A stretch of 64,000 nucleotides of DNA from Neoechinorhynchus agilis. Its lineage: Eukaryota > Animalia > Acanthocephala. The notes beneath the pieces were generated by a model. That model was not told where the DNA came from. It did no database searches and saw only the letters and a program-made list of their open reading frames with translations. The position numbers and the translations under genes are program-made. Numbering within the stretch: the first letter of the stretch is position 1; the number at the start of each line of letters is the position of its first letter. Location of the stretch: the NCBI GenBank assembly GCA_051530055.1, contig CM121341.1, positions 496,001 through 560,000 on the forward strand, given 5' to 3'. Shown in pieces: positions 35,101 to 49,417 of the stretch.

Positions 35101-38100
35101 AGGAAGCTTTTGCAGGCAACAAGCATTTTGTTAGTTAGTGCATTTTGTAAGTGAGCGATAGGCTGATGGAGAAAGCAGAACGGCAGTACCACCTAAACGA
35201 ATTTTGGAAGAAAGGAAGCTTTTGCAGGCAACAAGTATTTTGTGAGTTAGTGCATTTTGTAGGTGAGCGATAGGCTGATAGAGAAAGCAGAACGGCAGTG
35301 CTACCTAAACGGATTTTTGAAGAAAGGAAGCTTTTGCAGGCAACAAGATTTTGTGAGTTAGTGCATTTTGTAGGTGAGCGAAAGGCTGATGGAGAAGGCA
35401 GAACGGCAGTGCCATCTAAACTAATTTTTGAAGAAAGGAAGCTTTTGCAGGCAACAAGTATTTTGTGAGTTAGTTCATTTTGTAGGTGAGCGATAGGCTG
35501 ATGGAGAAAGCAGAACGGCAGTGCAACCAAAACGAATTTTGGAAGAAAGGAGGCTTTTGCAGGCAACAAGTATTTTGTGAGTTAGTGCATTTTGTAGGTG
35601 AGCGATAGGCTGATGGAGAAAGCAGAACGGCAGTGCCATCTAAACGGATTTTGGAAGAAAGGAAGCTTTTGCAGGCAACAAGTATTTTGTGAGTTAGTGC
35701 ATTTTATAGGTGAGCGACAGGCTGATAGAGAAGGCAGAACGGCAGTGCCACATAAACGACTTTTGGAAGAAAGGAAGCTTTTGCGGGCAACAAGTATTTT
35801 GTGAGTTAGTGCATTTTGTAGGTGAGCGACAGGCTGATAGAGAAGGCAGAACGGCAGTGCCGCCTAAACGAATTTTGGAAAAAGGAGGCTTTTGCGGGCA
35901 ACAAGTATTTTACGAGTTAGTGCATTTTGTAGGTGAGCGATAGGCTGATAGAGAAAGCAGAACGGCAGTGCCACATAAACGACTTTTGGAAGAAAGGAAG
36001 CTTTTGCGGGCAACAAGTATTTTGTGAGTTAGTTCATTTTGTAGGTGAGCAAGAGGCTGATGGAGAAGGCAGAACGGCAGTGCCACCTAAACGGATTTTT
36101 GAAGAAAGGAAGCTTTTGCAGGCAACAAGTATTTTGTGAGTTAGTGCATTTTGTAGGTGAGCGATAGGCTGATGGAGAAGGCAGAACGGCAGTGCCACCT
36201 AAACGGATTTTTGAAGAAAGGAAGCTTTTGCAGGCAACAAGTATTTTGTGAGTTAGTGCATTTTGTAGGTGAGCGATAGGCTGATAGAGAAGGCAGAACG
36301 GCAGTGCCACATAAACGAATTTTGGAAGAAAGGAGGCTTTTGCAGGCAACAAGCATTTTGTTAGTTAGTTCATTTTGTAGGTGAGCGATAGGCTGATAGA
36401 GAAGGCAGAACGGCAGTGCCACCTAAACGGATTTTGGAAGAAAGGAAGCTTTTGCAGGCAACAAGTATTTTGTGAGTTAGTGCATTTTGTAGGTGAGCGA
36501 CAGGGCTGATGGAGAAGGCAGAACGGCAGTGCCACCTAAACGGATTTTTGAAGAAAGGAAGCTTTTGCAGGCAACAAGTATTTTGTGAGTTAGTGCATTT
36601 TGTAGGTGAGCGATAGGCTGATGGAGAAGGCAGAACGGCAGTGCCACATAAACGAATTTTTAAAGAAAGGAGGCTTTTGCAGGCAACAAGTATTTTGTGA
36701 GTTAGTGCATTTTGTAGGTGAGCGAAAGGCTGATGGGAGAAGGCGAACGGCAGTGCCACATAAACGAATTTTTGAAGAAAGGAAGCTTTTGCAGGCAACA
36801 AGTATTTTGTTAGTTAGGGCATTTTGTAGGTGAGCGATAGGCTGATAGAGAAAGCAGAACGGCAGTGCCACATAAACGACTTTTGGAAGAAAGGAAGCTT
36901 TTGCAAGAAACAAGCATTTTGTGAGTTAGTGCATTTTATAGGTGAGCGAAAGGCTGATGGAGAAGGCAGAACGGCAGTGCCACATAAACGAATTTTGGAA
37001 GAAAGGAAGCTTTTGCAGGCAACAAGTATTTTGTGAGTTAGTGCATTTTGTAGGTGAGCGATAGGCTGATGGAGAAGGCAGAACGGCAGTGCCACCTAAA
37101 CGGATTTTTGAAGAAAGGAAGCTTTTGCAGGCAAATAAGTATTTTGTGAGTTAGTGCATTTTGTAGGTGAGCAAAAGGCTGATGGAGAAGGCAGAACGGC
37201 AGTGCCACCTAAACGGATTTTTGAAGAAAGGAAGCTTTTGCAGGCAACAAGTATTTTGTGAGTTAGTGCATTTTGTAGGTGAGCGATAGGCTGATGGAGA
37301 AGGCAGAACGGCAGTGCCACATAAACGAATTTTGGAAGAAAGGAAGCTTTTGCAGGCAACAAGTATTTTGTGAGTTAGTGCATTTTGTAGGTTAGCGATA
37401 GGCTGATGGAGAAGGCAGAACGGCAGTGCCACATAAACGAATTTTGGAAGAAAGGAAGCTTTTGCAGGCAACAAGTATTTTGTGAGTTAGTGCATTTTGT
37501 AGGTGAGCGAAAGGCTGATGGAGAAGGCAGAACGGCAGTGCCACCTAAACGGATTTTTGAAGAAAGGAAGCTTTTGCAGGCAACAAGTATTTTGTGAGTT
37601 AGTGCATTTTGTAGGTGAGCGAAAGGCTGATGGAGAAGGCAGAACGGCAGTGCCACATAAACGAATTTTTGAAGAAAGGAAGCTTTTGCAGGCAACAAGT
37701 ATTTTGTGAGTTAGTGCATTTTGTAGGTGAGCGAAAGGCTGATGGAGAAGGCAGAACGGCAGTGCCACATAAACGAATTTTGGAAGAAAGGAAGCTTTTG
37801 CGGGCAACAAGTATTTTGTGAGTTAGTGCATTTTGTAGGTGAGCGAAAGGCTGATGGAGAAGGCAGAACGGCAGTGCCACATAAACGAATTTTTGAAGAA
37901 AGGAAGCTTTTGCAGGCAACAAGTATTTTGTTAGTTAGGGCATTTTGTAGGTGAGCGATAGGCTGATAGAGAAAGCAGAACGGCAGTGCCACATAAACGA
38001 CTTTTGGAAGAAAGGAAGCTTTTGCAGGCAACAAGTATTTTGTGAGTTAGTGCATTTTGTAGGTGAGCGAAAGGCTGATGGAGAAGGCAGAACGGCAGTG

Positions 38101-41100
38101 CCACATAAACGAATTTTGGAAGAAAGGAAGCTTTTGCGGGCAACAAGTATTTTGTGAGTTAGTGCATTTTATAGCTGAGCGATAGGCTGATAGAGAAGGC
38201 AGAACGGCAGTGCCACCTAAACGGATTTTTGAAGAAAGCAAGCTTTTGCAGGCAACAAGTATTTTGTGAGTTAGTGCATTTTGTAGGTGAGCGATAGGCT
38301 GATAGAGACGGCAGAACGGCAGTGCAACCTAAACGAATTTTGGAAGAAAGGAGGCTTTTGCAGGCAACAAGTATTTTGTGAGTTAGTGCATTTTGTAGGT
38401 GAGCGAAATTCTGATAGAGAAAGCAGAACGGCAGTGCCACCTAAACGAATTTTGGAAGAAAGGAAGATTTCGCGGGCAAAAAGTATTTTGTGAGTTAGTG
38501 CATTTTGTAGGTGAGCGATAGGCTGATAGAGAAGGCAGAACGGCAGTGCCACTTAAACGAATTTTGGAAGAAAGGAAGATTTCGCGGGCAACAAGCATTT
38601 TGTGAGTTAGTCCATTTTGTAGGTGAGCGACAGGCTGATAGAGAAAGCAGAACTGCAGTACAACCTAAACGAATTTTGGAAGAAAGGAAGCTTTTGCGGG
38701 CAACAAGTATTTTGTGAGTTAGTGCATTTTGTAGGTGAGCGATAGGCTGATCGAGAAAGCAGAACTGCAGTGCCACCTAAACGAATTTTGGAAGAAGGAA
38801 GCTTTTGCGGGCAACAAGTATTTTGTGAGTTAGCGTGCATTTTGTAGGTGAGCGAAAGGCTGATGGAGAAAGCAGAACGGCAGTACCACCTAAACGAATT
38901 TTGGAAGAAAGGAAGCTTTTGCAGGCAACAAGTATTTTGTGAGTTAGTGCATTTTATAGGTGAGCAAAAGGCTGATGGAGAAGGCAGAACGGCAGTGCCA
39001 TCTTAACTAATTTTGGAAGAAAGGAGGCTTTTGCAGGCAACAAGTATTTTGTGAGTTAGTGCATTTTATAGGTGAGCAAAAGGCTGATGGAGAAGGCAGA
39101 ACGGCAGTGCCATCTAAACTAATTTTGGAAGAAAGGAGCTTTTGCAGGCAACAAGTATTTTGTGAGTTAGTGCATTTTGTAGGTGAGCGATAGGCTGATG
39201 GAGAAAGCAGAACGGCAGTGCCATCTAAACTAATTTTGGAAGAAAGGAGGCTTTTGCAGGCAACAAGTATTTTGTGAGTTAGTGCATTTTGTAGGTGAGC
39301 GATAGGCTGATGGAGAAAGCAGAACGGCAGTGCCATCTAAACGGATTTTGGAAGAAAGGAAGCTTTTTGCAGGCAACAAGCATTTTGTGAGTTAGTGCAT
39401 TTTATAGGTGAGCGAAAGGCTGATAGAGAAGGCAGAACGGCAGTGCCACATAAACGAGCTTTTGGAAGAAAGGAAGCTTTTTGCGGGCAACAAGTATTTT
39501 GTGAGTTAGTGCATTTTGTAGGTGAGCGATAGGCTGATAGAGAAAGCAGAGACGCAACAGTGCCACATAGACGACTTTTGGAAGAAAGGAAGCTTTTGCG
39601 GGCAACAAGTATTTTGTGAGTTAGTGCATTTTGTAGGTGAGCAAAAGGCTGATGGAGAAGGCAGAACGGCAGTGCCACCTAAACGGATTTTTTGAAGAAA
39701 GGAAGCTTTTGCAGGCAACAAGTATTTTGTGAGTTAGTGCATTTTGTAGGTGAGCGATAGGCTGATGGAGAAGGCAGAACGGCAGTGCCACTTCAGGTAA
39801 CAAGAAGTTTTTGGAAGAAAGGGCAGAAGCTAATTTTGCGGGAAACAAGTATTTTGTGAGTTAGTGCATTTTATAGGTGAGCGAAAGGCTGATGCAGAAG
39901 GCAGAACGGCAGTGCCACCTAAACGGATTTTTGAAGAAAGGAAGCTTTTGCAAGAAACAAGCATTTTGTTAGTTGTGAGGGGCACTTTGTAGGTGAGCGA
40001 TAGGCTGATAGAGAAAGCAGAACGGCAGTGCCACCTAAACGAATTTTGGAAGAAAGGAAGCTTTTGCAAGAAACAAGCATTTTGTTAGTTAGGGCATTTT
40101 GTAGGTGAGCGATAGGCTGATAGAGAAAGCAGAACGAAGCGGCAGTGCCACATAAACGACTTTTGGAAGAAAGGAAGCTTTTGCGGGCAACAAGTAGTTT
40201 CATTTTGTAGGTGAGTTAGTGCATTTTATAGGTGAGCGAAAGGCTGATGGAGAAAGCAGAACGGCAGTGCCACCTAAACGAATTTTTGAAGAAAGGAAGC
40301 TTTTTGCGGGCAACAAGTATTTTGTGAGTTAGTGCATTTTGTAGGTGAGCGAAAGGCTGATGGAGAAGGCAGAACGGCAGTGCCACCTAAACGGATTTTG
40401 AAGAAAGGAAGCTTTTGCAAGAAACAAGCATTTTGTTAGTTAGGGCATTTTGTAGGTGAGCGATAGGCTGATAGAGAAGGCAGAACGGCAGTGCCACATA
40501 AACGCAGTGCTTTTGGAAGAAAGGAAGCTTTTGCGGGCAACAAGTATTTTGTGAGTTAGTGCATTTTATAGGTGAGCGTGATAGAGAAAAAAGGCTGATA
40601 GAGAAAGGAAAGGCAGAACGGCAGTGCCACCTAAACGATCAAAACTAATTTTGGAAGAAAGGAAGCTTTTGCGGGCAACAAGTATTTTGTGAGTTAGTGC
40701 ATTTTGTAGGTGAGCGACAGGCTGATAGAGAAGGCAGAACGGCAGTGCCACATAAACGACTTTTGGAAGAAAGGAAGCTTTTGCGGGCAACAAGTATTTT
40801 GTGAGTTAGTGCATTTTGTAGGTGAGCGACAGGCTGATAGAGAAGGCAGAACGGCAGTGCCACATAAACGACTTTTGGAAGAAAGGAAGCTTTTGCGGGC
40901 AACAAGTATTTTGTGAGTTAGTGGATTTTGTAGGTGAGCGAAAGGCTGATAGAGAACGCAGAACGGCAGTGCCATCAAAACGAATTTTGGAAGAAAGGAG
41001 GCATTTGCAGGCAACAAGTATTTTGTGAGTTAGTGCATTTTATAGCTGAGCGATAGGCTGATAGAGAAGGCAGAACGGCAGTGCGACCCTAACGACTTTT

Positions 41101-44100
41101 GGAAGAAAGGAAGCTTTTGCGAGGCAACAAGTATTTTATGAGTTAGTGCATTTTGTAGGTGAGCGATAGGCTGATAGAGAAGGCAGAACGGCAGTGCCAC
41201 CTAAACGAATTTTGGAAGAAAGGAAGCTTTTGCAGGCAACAAGTATTTTGTGAGTTAGTGCATTTTGTAGGTGAGCGAAAGGCTGATAGAGAAAGCAGAA
41301 CGGCAGTGCCACCTAAACGAATTTTGGATGAAAGGAAGACCTAAACGAATTTTGCGGGCAACAAGTATTTTGTGAGTTAGTGCATTTTATAGGTGAGCAA
41401 AAGGCTGATGGAGAAAGCAGAACGGCAGTGCCACCTAAATGAATTTTGGAAAAAGGGAGGCTTTTGCAGGCAACAAGTATTTTGTGAGTTAGTGCATTTT
41501 GTAGGTGAGCGAAAAAGGCTGATAGAGAAAGCAGAACGGGAGTGCCACCTAAACGAATTTTGGAAGAAAGGAAGCTTTTGCGGGCAACAAGTATTTTGTG
41601 AGTTAGTGCATTTTATAGGTGAGCAAAAGGCTGATGGAGAAAGCAGAACGGCAGTGCCACCTAAACGAATTTTGGAAGAAAGGAAGCTTTTGCAGGCAAC
41701 AAGTATTTTGTGAGTTAGTGCATTTTGTAGGTGAGCGATAGGCTGATAGAGAAAGCAGAACGGCAGTGCCACCTAAACGAATTTTGGATGAAAGGAAGAT
41801 TTTGCGGGCAACAAGTATTTTGTTAGTTAGTGCATTTTATAGGTGAGCGAAAGGCTGATGGAGAAAGCAGAACGGCAGTGCCACCTAAACGAATTTTGGA
41901 AAAGTGGAAGCTTTTGCAGGCAACAAGTATTTTGTGAGTTAGTGCATTTTGTAGGTGAGCGAAAGGCTGATAGAGAAAGCAGAACGGCAGTGCCACCTAA
42001 ACGAATTTTGGAAGAAAGGAAGCTTTTGCGGGCAACAAGTATTTTGTGAGTTAGTGCATTTTGTAGGTGAGCGATAGGCTGATAGAGAAGGCAGAACGGC
42101 AGTGCCATCAAAACGAATTTTGGAAGAAAGGAAGCTTTTGCAGGCAACAAGTATTTTGTGAGTTAGTGCATTTTGTAGGTGAGCGATAGGCTGATAGAGA
42201 AGGCAGAACGGCAGTGCCACTTAAACGAATTTTGGAAGAAAGGAAGATTTTGCGGGCAACAAGTATTTTGTGAGTTAGTGCATTTTGTAGGTGAGCGATA
42301 GGCTGATGGAGAAGGCAGAACGGCAGTGCCACCTAAACGAATTTTGGAAGAAAGGAAGCTTTTGGAGGCAACAAGTATTTTGTGAGTTAGTGCATTTTGT
42401 AGGTGAGCGATAGGCTGATGGAGAAGGCAGAACGGCAGTTCCATCTAAACTAATTTTGGAAGAAAGGAAGATTTTGCAAGAAACAAGCATTTTGTTAGTT
42501 AGGGCATTTTGTAGGTGAGCGATAGGCTGATAGAGAAGGCAGAACGGCAGTGCCACCTAAACGAATTTTGGAAGAAAGGAAGCTTTTGCAGGCAACAAGT
42601 ATTTTGTGAGTTAGTGCATTTTGTAGGTGAGCGATAGGCTGATGGAGAAAGCAGAACGGCAGTGCCATCTAAACTAATTTTGGAAGAAAGGAAGATTTTG
42701 CAAGAAACAAGCATTTTGTGAGTTAGTGCATTTTTAGGTGAGCGAAAGGCTGATAGAGAAAGCAGAACGGCAGTGCCACCTAAACGAATTTTGGATGAAA
42801 GGAAGATTTTGCGGGCAACAAGTATTTTGTGAGTTAGTGCATTTTGTAGGTGAGCGAAAGGCTGATGGAGAAAGCAGAACGGCAGTGCCATCTAAACTAA
42901 TTTTGGAAGAAAGGAAGATTTTGCAGGCAACAAGTATTTTGTGAGTTAGTGCATTTTGTAGGTGAGCGAAAGGCTGATAGAAAGCAGAACGGCAGTGCCA
43001 CCTAAACGAATTTTGGATGAAAGGAAGATTTTGCGGGCAACAAGTATTTTGTGAGTTAGTGCATTTTATAGGTGAGCGAAAGGCTGATGGAGAAAGCAGA
43101 ACGGCAGTGCCACCTAAACGAATTTTGGAAGAAAGGAAGCTTTTGCAGGCAACAAGTATTTTGTGAGTTAGTGCATTTTGTAGGTGAGCGATAGGCTGAT
43201 AGAGAAAGCAGAACGGCAGTGCCACCTAAACGGATTTTGGAAGAAAGGAAGCTTTTGCAGGCAACAAGTATTTTGTGAGTTAGTGTATTTTGTAGGTGAG
43301 CGACAGGCTTATAGAGGAGGCAAAACGGCAGTGCCACTAAAACGAATTTTGGAAGAAAGGAAGCTTTTGCAGGCAACAAGTATTTTGTGAGTTAGTGCAT
43401 TTTATTGGTGAGCGAAAGGCTGATGGAGAAAGCAGAACGGCAGTACCACCTAAACGAATTTTGGAAGAAAGGAAGCTTTTGCAGGCAACAAGTATTTTGT
43501 GAGTTAGTGCATTTTGTAGGTGAGCGATAGGCTGATAGAGAAAGCAGAACGGCAGTGCCACCTAAACGAATTTTGGAAGAAAGCAAGCTTTTGCAAGAAA
43601 CAAGCATTTTGTTAGTTAGGGCATTTTGTAGGTGAGCGATAGGCTGATAGAGAAGGCAGAACGGCAGTGCCATCAAAACGAATTTTGGAAGAAAGGAGGC
43701 TTTTGCAGGCAACAAGTATTTTGTGAGTTAGTGCATTTTATAGGTGAGCGATAGGCTGATAGAGAAGGCAGAACGGCACTGCGACCCTAACGACTTTTGG
43801 AAGAAAGGAAACTTTTGCGGGCAACAAGTATTTTATGACTTAGTGCATTTTGTAGGTGAGCGATGGGCTGATAGAGAAGGCAGAACGGCAGTGCCACCTA
43901 AACGAATTTTGGAAGAAAGGAAGCTTTTGGAGGCAACAAGTATTTTGTGAGTTAGTGCATTTTGTAGGTGAGCGATAGGCTGATCGAGAAAGCAGAACTG
44001 CAGTGCCACCTAAACGAATTTTGGAAGAAAGGAAGCTTTTGCGGGCAACAAGTATTTTGTTAGTTAGTCCATTTTGTTGGTGAGTTATAGGCCGATAGAA

Positions 44101-44789
44101 GAGGCAGAACTGCAGTGCCACCTAAACGAATTTTGGAAGAAAGGAAGCTTTTGCGGGCAACAAGTATTTTGTGAGTTAGTGCATTTTGTAGGTGAGCGAT
44201 AGGCTGATAGAGAAGGCAGAACGACAGTGCCACCTAAACGAATTTTGGAAGAAAGGAAGCTTTTCCGGGCAACAAGTATTTTGTGAGTTAGTGCATTTTG
44301 TAGGTGAGCGAAAGGCTGATAGCGGAGGCAGAACGGCAGTGCCACCTAAACGCATTTTGGAAGAAAGGAAGATTTTGCAAGAAACAAGCATTTTGTGAGT
44401 TAGTGCATTTTGTAGGTGAGCGAAAGGCTGATAGAGAAAGCAGAACGGCAGTGCCACCTAAACGAATTTTGGATGAAAAGGAAGCTTTTGCAGGCAACAA
44501 GTATTTTGTGAGTTAGTGCATTTTGTAGGTGAGCGATAGGCTGATAGAGAAGGCAGAACGGCAGTGCCACCTAAACGAATTTTGGAAGAAAGGAAGCTTT
44601 TGCAGGCAACAAGTATTTTGTGAGTTAGTGCATTTTGTAGGTGAGCGATAGGCTGATAGAGAAAGCAGAACGGCAGTGCCACCTAAACGAATTTTGGAAG
44701 AAAGGAAGCTTTTGCAGGCAACAAGTATTTTGTGAGTTAGTGCATTTTGTAGGTGAGCGATAGGCTGATAGAGAAAGCAGAACGGCAGT
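32181..44789 (+). repeat. 112-bp tandem satellite, ~12.6 kb, about 112 units
   Basis: Consensus gtgagttagtgcattttgtaggtgagcgataggctgatagagaaggcagaacggcagtgccacctaaacgaattttggaagaaaggaagcttttgcaggcaacaagtatttt. Track ORFs recur at 112- and 224-nt offsets. Confidence 0.99.
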
Positions 44790-45424
44790 TCGGTCCGAGG
44801 CATCTTGCCCACAGGTCGTGCAACAGTTCCTTTTCTGGAAGCCAACGACATTTTATCGTAATGGCAAAGGTAACTGTCGTACATACGATGACCTGATTTT
44901 AAGAGACGCGAATTGCCCGCATAACAGGACTGCTGTCGTGTATTTTAGATCCCTCGCGGAGTCTAATTCTATTTGACGGGCTTATACCTACGGTGCAACG
45001 TAGGAAGGTACCGTTGCATACATACATACTTATACAGCCAAAAATTGGACCTTTTGAGAGGATTTAGATATTTGAAAGATTTCGCTGGACAAGTGAGACT
45101 TTGCGAACAATTCCAATTTCTTAAGCCACTTCTGATCTGTTAGATAAATCCCTAATGTTCCGCCGGAATAGGTTACTCTATGCGCTTTATTCCGTCGTTT
45201 TATAATGATCGAATCAAAGGCGTTAGAGATTGAGAATATATCACATCCTTTGGGATGATTGGATTTGAAGTAATCCTTAATATATGTAGCCACCTTTTTA
45301 TGGGAAGAGCCAAGTATTCCTCCGCGGTCGAGATTGATGTCAATCCTGGGCCTGAGAGCAGTTGCTCTCGAACAGCCGAGGGGGTGCGAAGAGAATTGGG
45401 TGGCCGTTTGCCACCCTCCGTCAA
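44790..45424 (-). mobile_element. Decayed LINE RT fragment abutting the satellite
   Basis: CDIFSISNAFDSI (DISKAFD-like) and LGIYLTD, with large internal deletions. Confidence 0.6.
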
Positions 45425-45600
45425 CGACTAAACGTTGGTCTCTGCCATTTCAAATCACGCTGTGAATTGTGGACATCAAATTGATTTTGACTAAGCTAAT
45501 GTGTGATAAGCGTACAACCGAATTTACGAAATCGATTAATAATGGAAGCCAAGCCGCAAACACGTGAACGAAACAAATTCAAATAGCTGAATCGTAAGTA
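45425..45600 (+). mobile_element. Penelope GIY-YIG C-terminal fragment
   Basis: SAISNHAVNCGHQIDFD at ~45438-45490. Confidence 0.65.
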
Positions 45601-45701
45601 ACAACATTTATCCACATATACGCATCCCTGGCTCACGCTCATGAACGCGCGTAAATACACATTCATGTAAACGTATATGCTCATAAAAAATGAACGCGGT
45701 C

Positions 45702-45736
45702 TAATTTATACAAAAATTTGTCTTTTGTATAAATTA
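45702..45736. repeat. Perfect 14-bp inverted repeat with 7-nt loop
   Basis: taatttatacaaaa-atttgtc-ttttgtataaatta. Confidence 0.85.
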
Positions 45737-46255
45737 AATGCTGTTATTTGCTCAGTGAAGTTGTTGATTTAAATTTCGTATTTTTAAATAAAACGGCGTC
45801 GGTTCCTATTGTAATGCATTTATTAGCAAAATGTAAGAAAATCGAACAATTCAGACGCATCTCAAACATTCCTTAATGAGCATCTCCTTCCAAGTGCCGT
45901 TTAAAAGAGCTTCATCGATGTCTTCATCGTAAAAGTTGAATACCTTCTGTTTTGTGCAATTTACGTTAAACGACTTTAAGATGGCAAAAAGAGAGCTATA
46001 CCGCGTAAACTTCGCCATCTTCATACCAAGGTTCAACGTATGGATGTCTTATTAAACAACCATCATTTTAGGCAAATTCCCAAATATGCAATTGCTTGGC
46101 TCAAGTTGCTTTGCGCGAATACTTTATTTACAAAGATAAACGACAAATATTTAGAATTGCATCGAATTTAAAACCAAAATCTGAATGGGGCTATTTTTTT
46201 AAAGGGAAAATTTTCAAAAAAAATCAATGTAGTCAATGCACAAGTACAGCGGCGC

Positions 46256-48013
<1,758 letters not shown>

Positions 48014-48339
48014 CTTAGGACTTACTATTATTTAGTAAAGAAATTACAAACTTTATAAAATAAGACATCACGACAGGGAATGACCGCGACACGTATAAAG
48101 TACAAAATGCTTTTTAAATGCATTTTACAGACGTGACTGTATGAATTTAAAGCTAACATGAAGATTTAGTCTTCAATGCATAACAACAGTTAAGTATAAA
48201 AAGATGTAAGGGGTAAATGCAAAGAACATCATAGATAATTAAAAACTAAAATCATACAAAAATGATTAATGCAGAGAACATTACCCGCAACCTTGAATTC
48301 AGCAAGTGCAGAATAGCAACAATAACGTTCTAATTATTA

Positions 48340-48506
48340 GAATTGTGGTGATAATAATCCAGGATATAAGATATTTTATTGATATGAAATATTTCCCGAT
48401 GAAGCCTCGAATTATCAGTCGTTGTTTAAGTGCATTAGTCGGACTTGAATGTAGTATTTCATATCAATAAAATATCTTTTATCCATTATTATCATCACCA
48501 CAATTC
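48340..48506. repeat. Inverted repeat (~52-bp arms, 63-nt spacer) with a hammerhead remnant on the minus strand
   Basis: 48340-48391 pairs with 48455-48506. The reverse complement of 48385-48421 reads cga CTGATAA T TCGA ggcttca TCGG GAAA TA TT tca. Confidence 0.8.
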
Positions 48507-48719
48507 AAACATTATCTCCCCGAATGATGGTTTGTCAACAAAAGTCAATGGATTGAACGAACTTTTTGCAATTGTAAGAATCAATCAACAGTTTTTGTAA
48601 CTAAAATAAGTTTTCAAAGTTTACAAAAAGTATTCAATTGGCAATGCCCTCAAGTTTAATTTAAATAATAACACGTTTTATTTTGGGGAATACAAGCCAA
48701 CGAAAAATGCAGCTCATGT

Positions 48720-49330
48720 ATTTAGTGAAACCTGTAATTTGTGAGTTTTGTACCACTTTTTATTGTTCCACATTTGCAGCTCCAAAACATTAGTTGCAGG
48801 CTGTTGTTTTTCGCTTTTTCCTCTGAATCAATTCGCATTTGGAGAATTGAGCGAAGAAAGATGGGAGGTAGAGATTTTTGCGAGGAACTGAAGGATGGAA
48901 AATGTTGGGGCGACGCGAGTGGTGTAAATGTGAGTAAAGGGAGAAATGTGATGTAGAAATTGAGGAGAAAGACAATGAAGCCGCTTTGAGTGCTTTTAAA
49001 AGAATAAAGGTGTTTTTCTAATGACATATTTTCGGAGGGTGAGCGAAGGTAGGATGACAGACATCTTTGAATGACATTCCAAGGAATCGGAGGCGCTAAA
49101 GAAGATATTGTTTAATAGACCCTTAATGCAACCAAACTGATAGGTGCTTGTCACATTTTGGACTTTCCTGAGCAAAATGCTTGAACGTGAGAAATCTCGG
49201 ACAGTTAAAGGGGAGCCGTTGCATGCGTAATGATTGTTAGATTATCAGCATACAATAAGTATTTTGAATAAGAAGAGGGTGGAGTAAGATTGCTTAGGAA
49301 AACGTTTCAAAGAATGGTGAAGCTGAACAG
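48720..49330 (-). mobile_element. Decayed LINE 3' fragment
   Basis: Composition and residual reading frames resemble the L2/CR1-like C-terminal region seen at 30553-30900. The motifs are weak. Confidence 0.4.
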
Positions 49331-49417
49331 ACCCTTGCGGACTCCCTTGATTATTGCTAAGATGTTCGAGGTAATGCTATATATTTCTGTAAATTTTTTT
49401 ACCAACATAATATATTT

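Noticed and set aside
44529-44585. Satellite unit as a hammerhead (retrozyme-like) repeat
   Set aside because: CTGATAGA/CTGATGGA does not match CUGANGA, and no GAAA follows the GGCA/TGCC stem.
32181-44789. CRISPR array
   Set aside because: The units are contiguous 112-bp near-copies with no unique spacers, there are no cas genes, and the context is eukaryotic.
32171-44884. The many 60-160 aa ORFs (MALPFC..., MSDRL...)
   Set aside because: They are by-products of the repeat. 112 is not a multiple of 3, frames shift each unit and stops recur.
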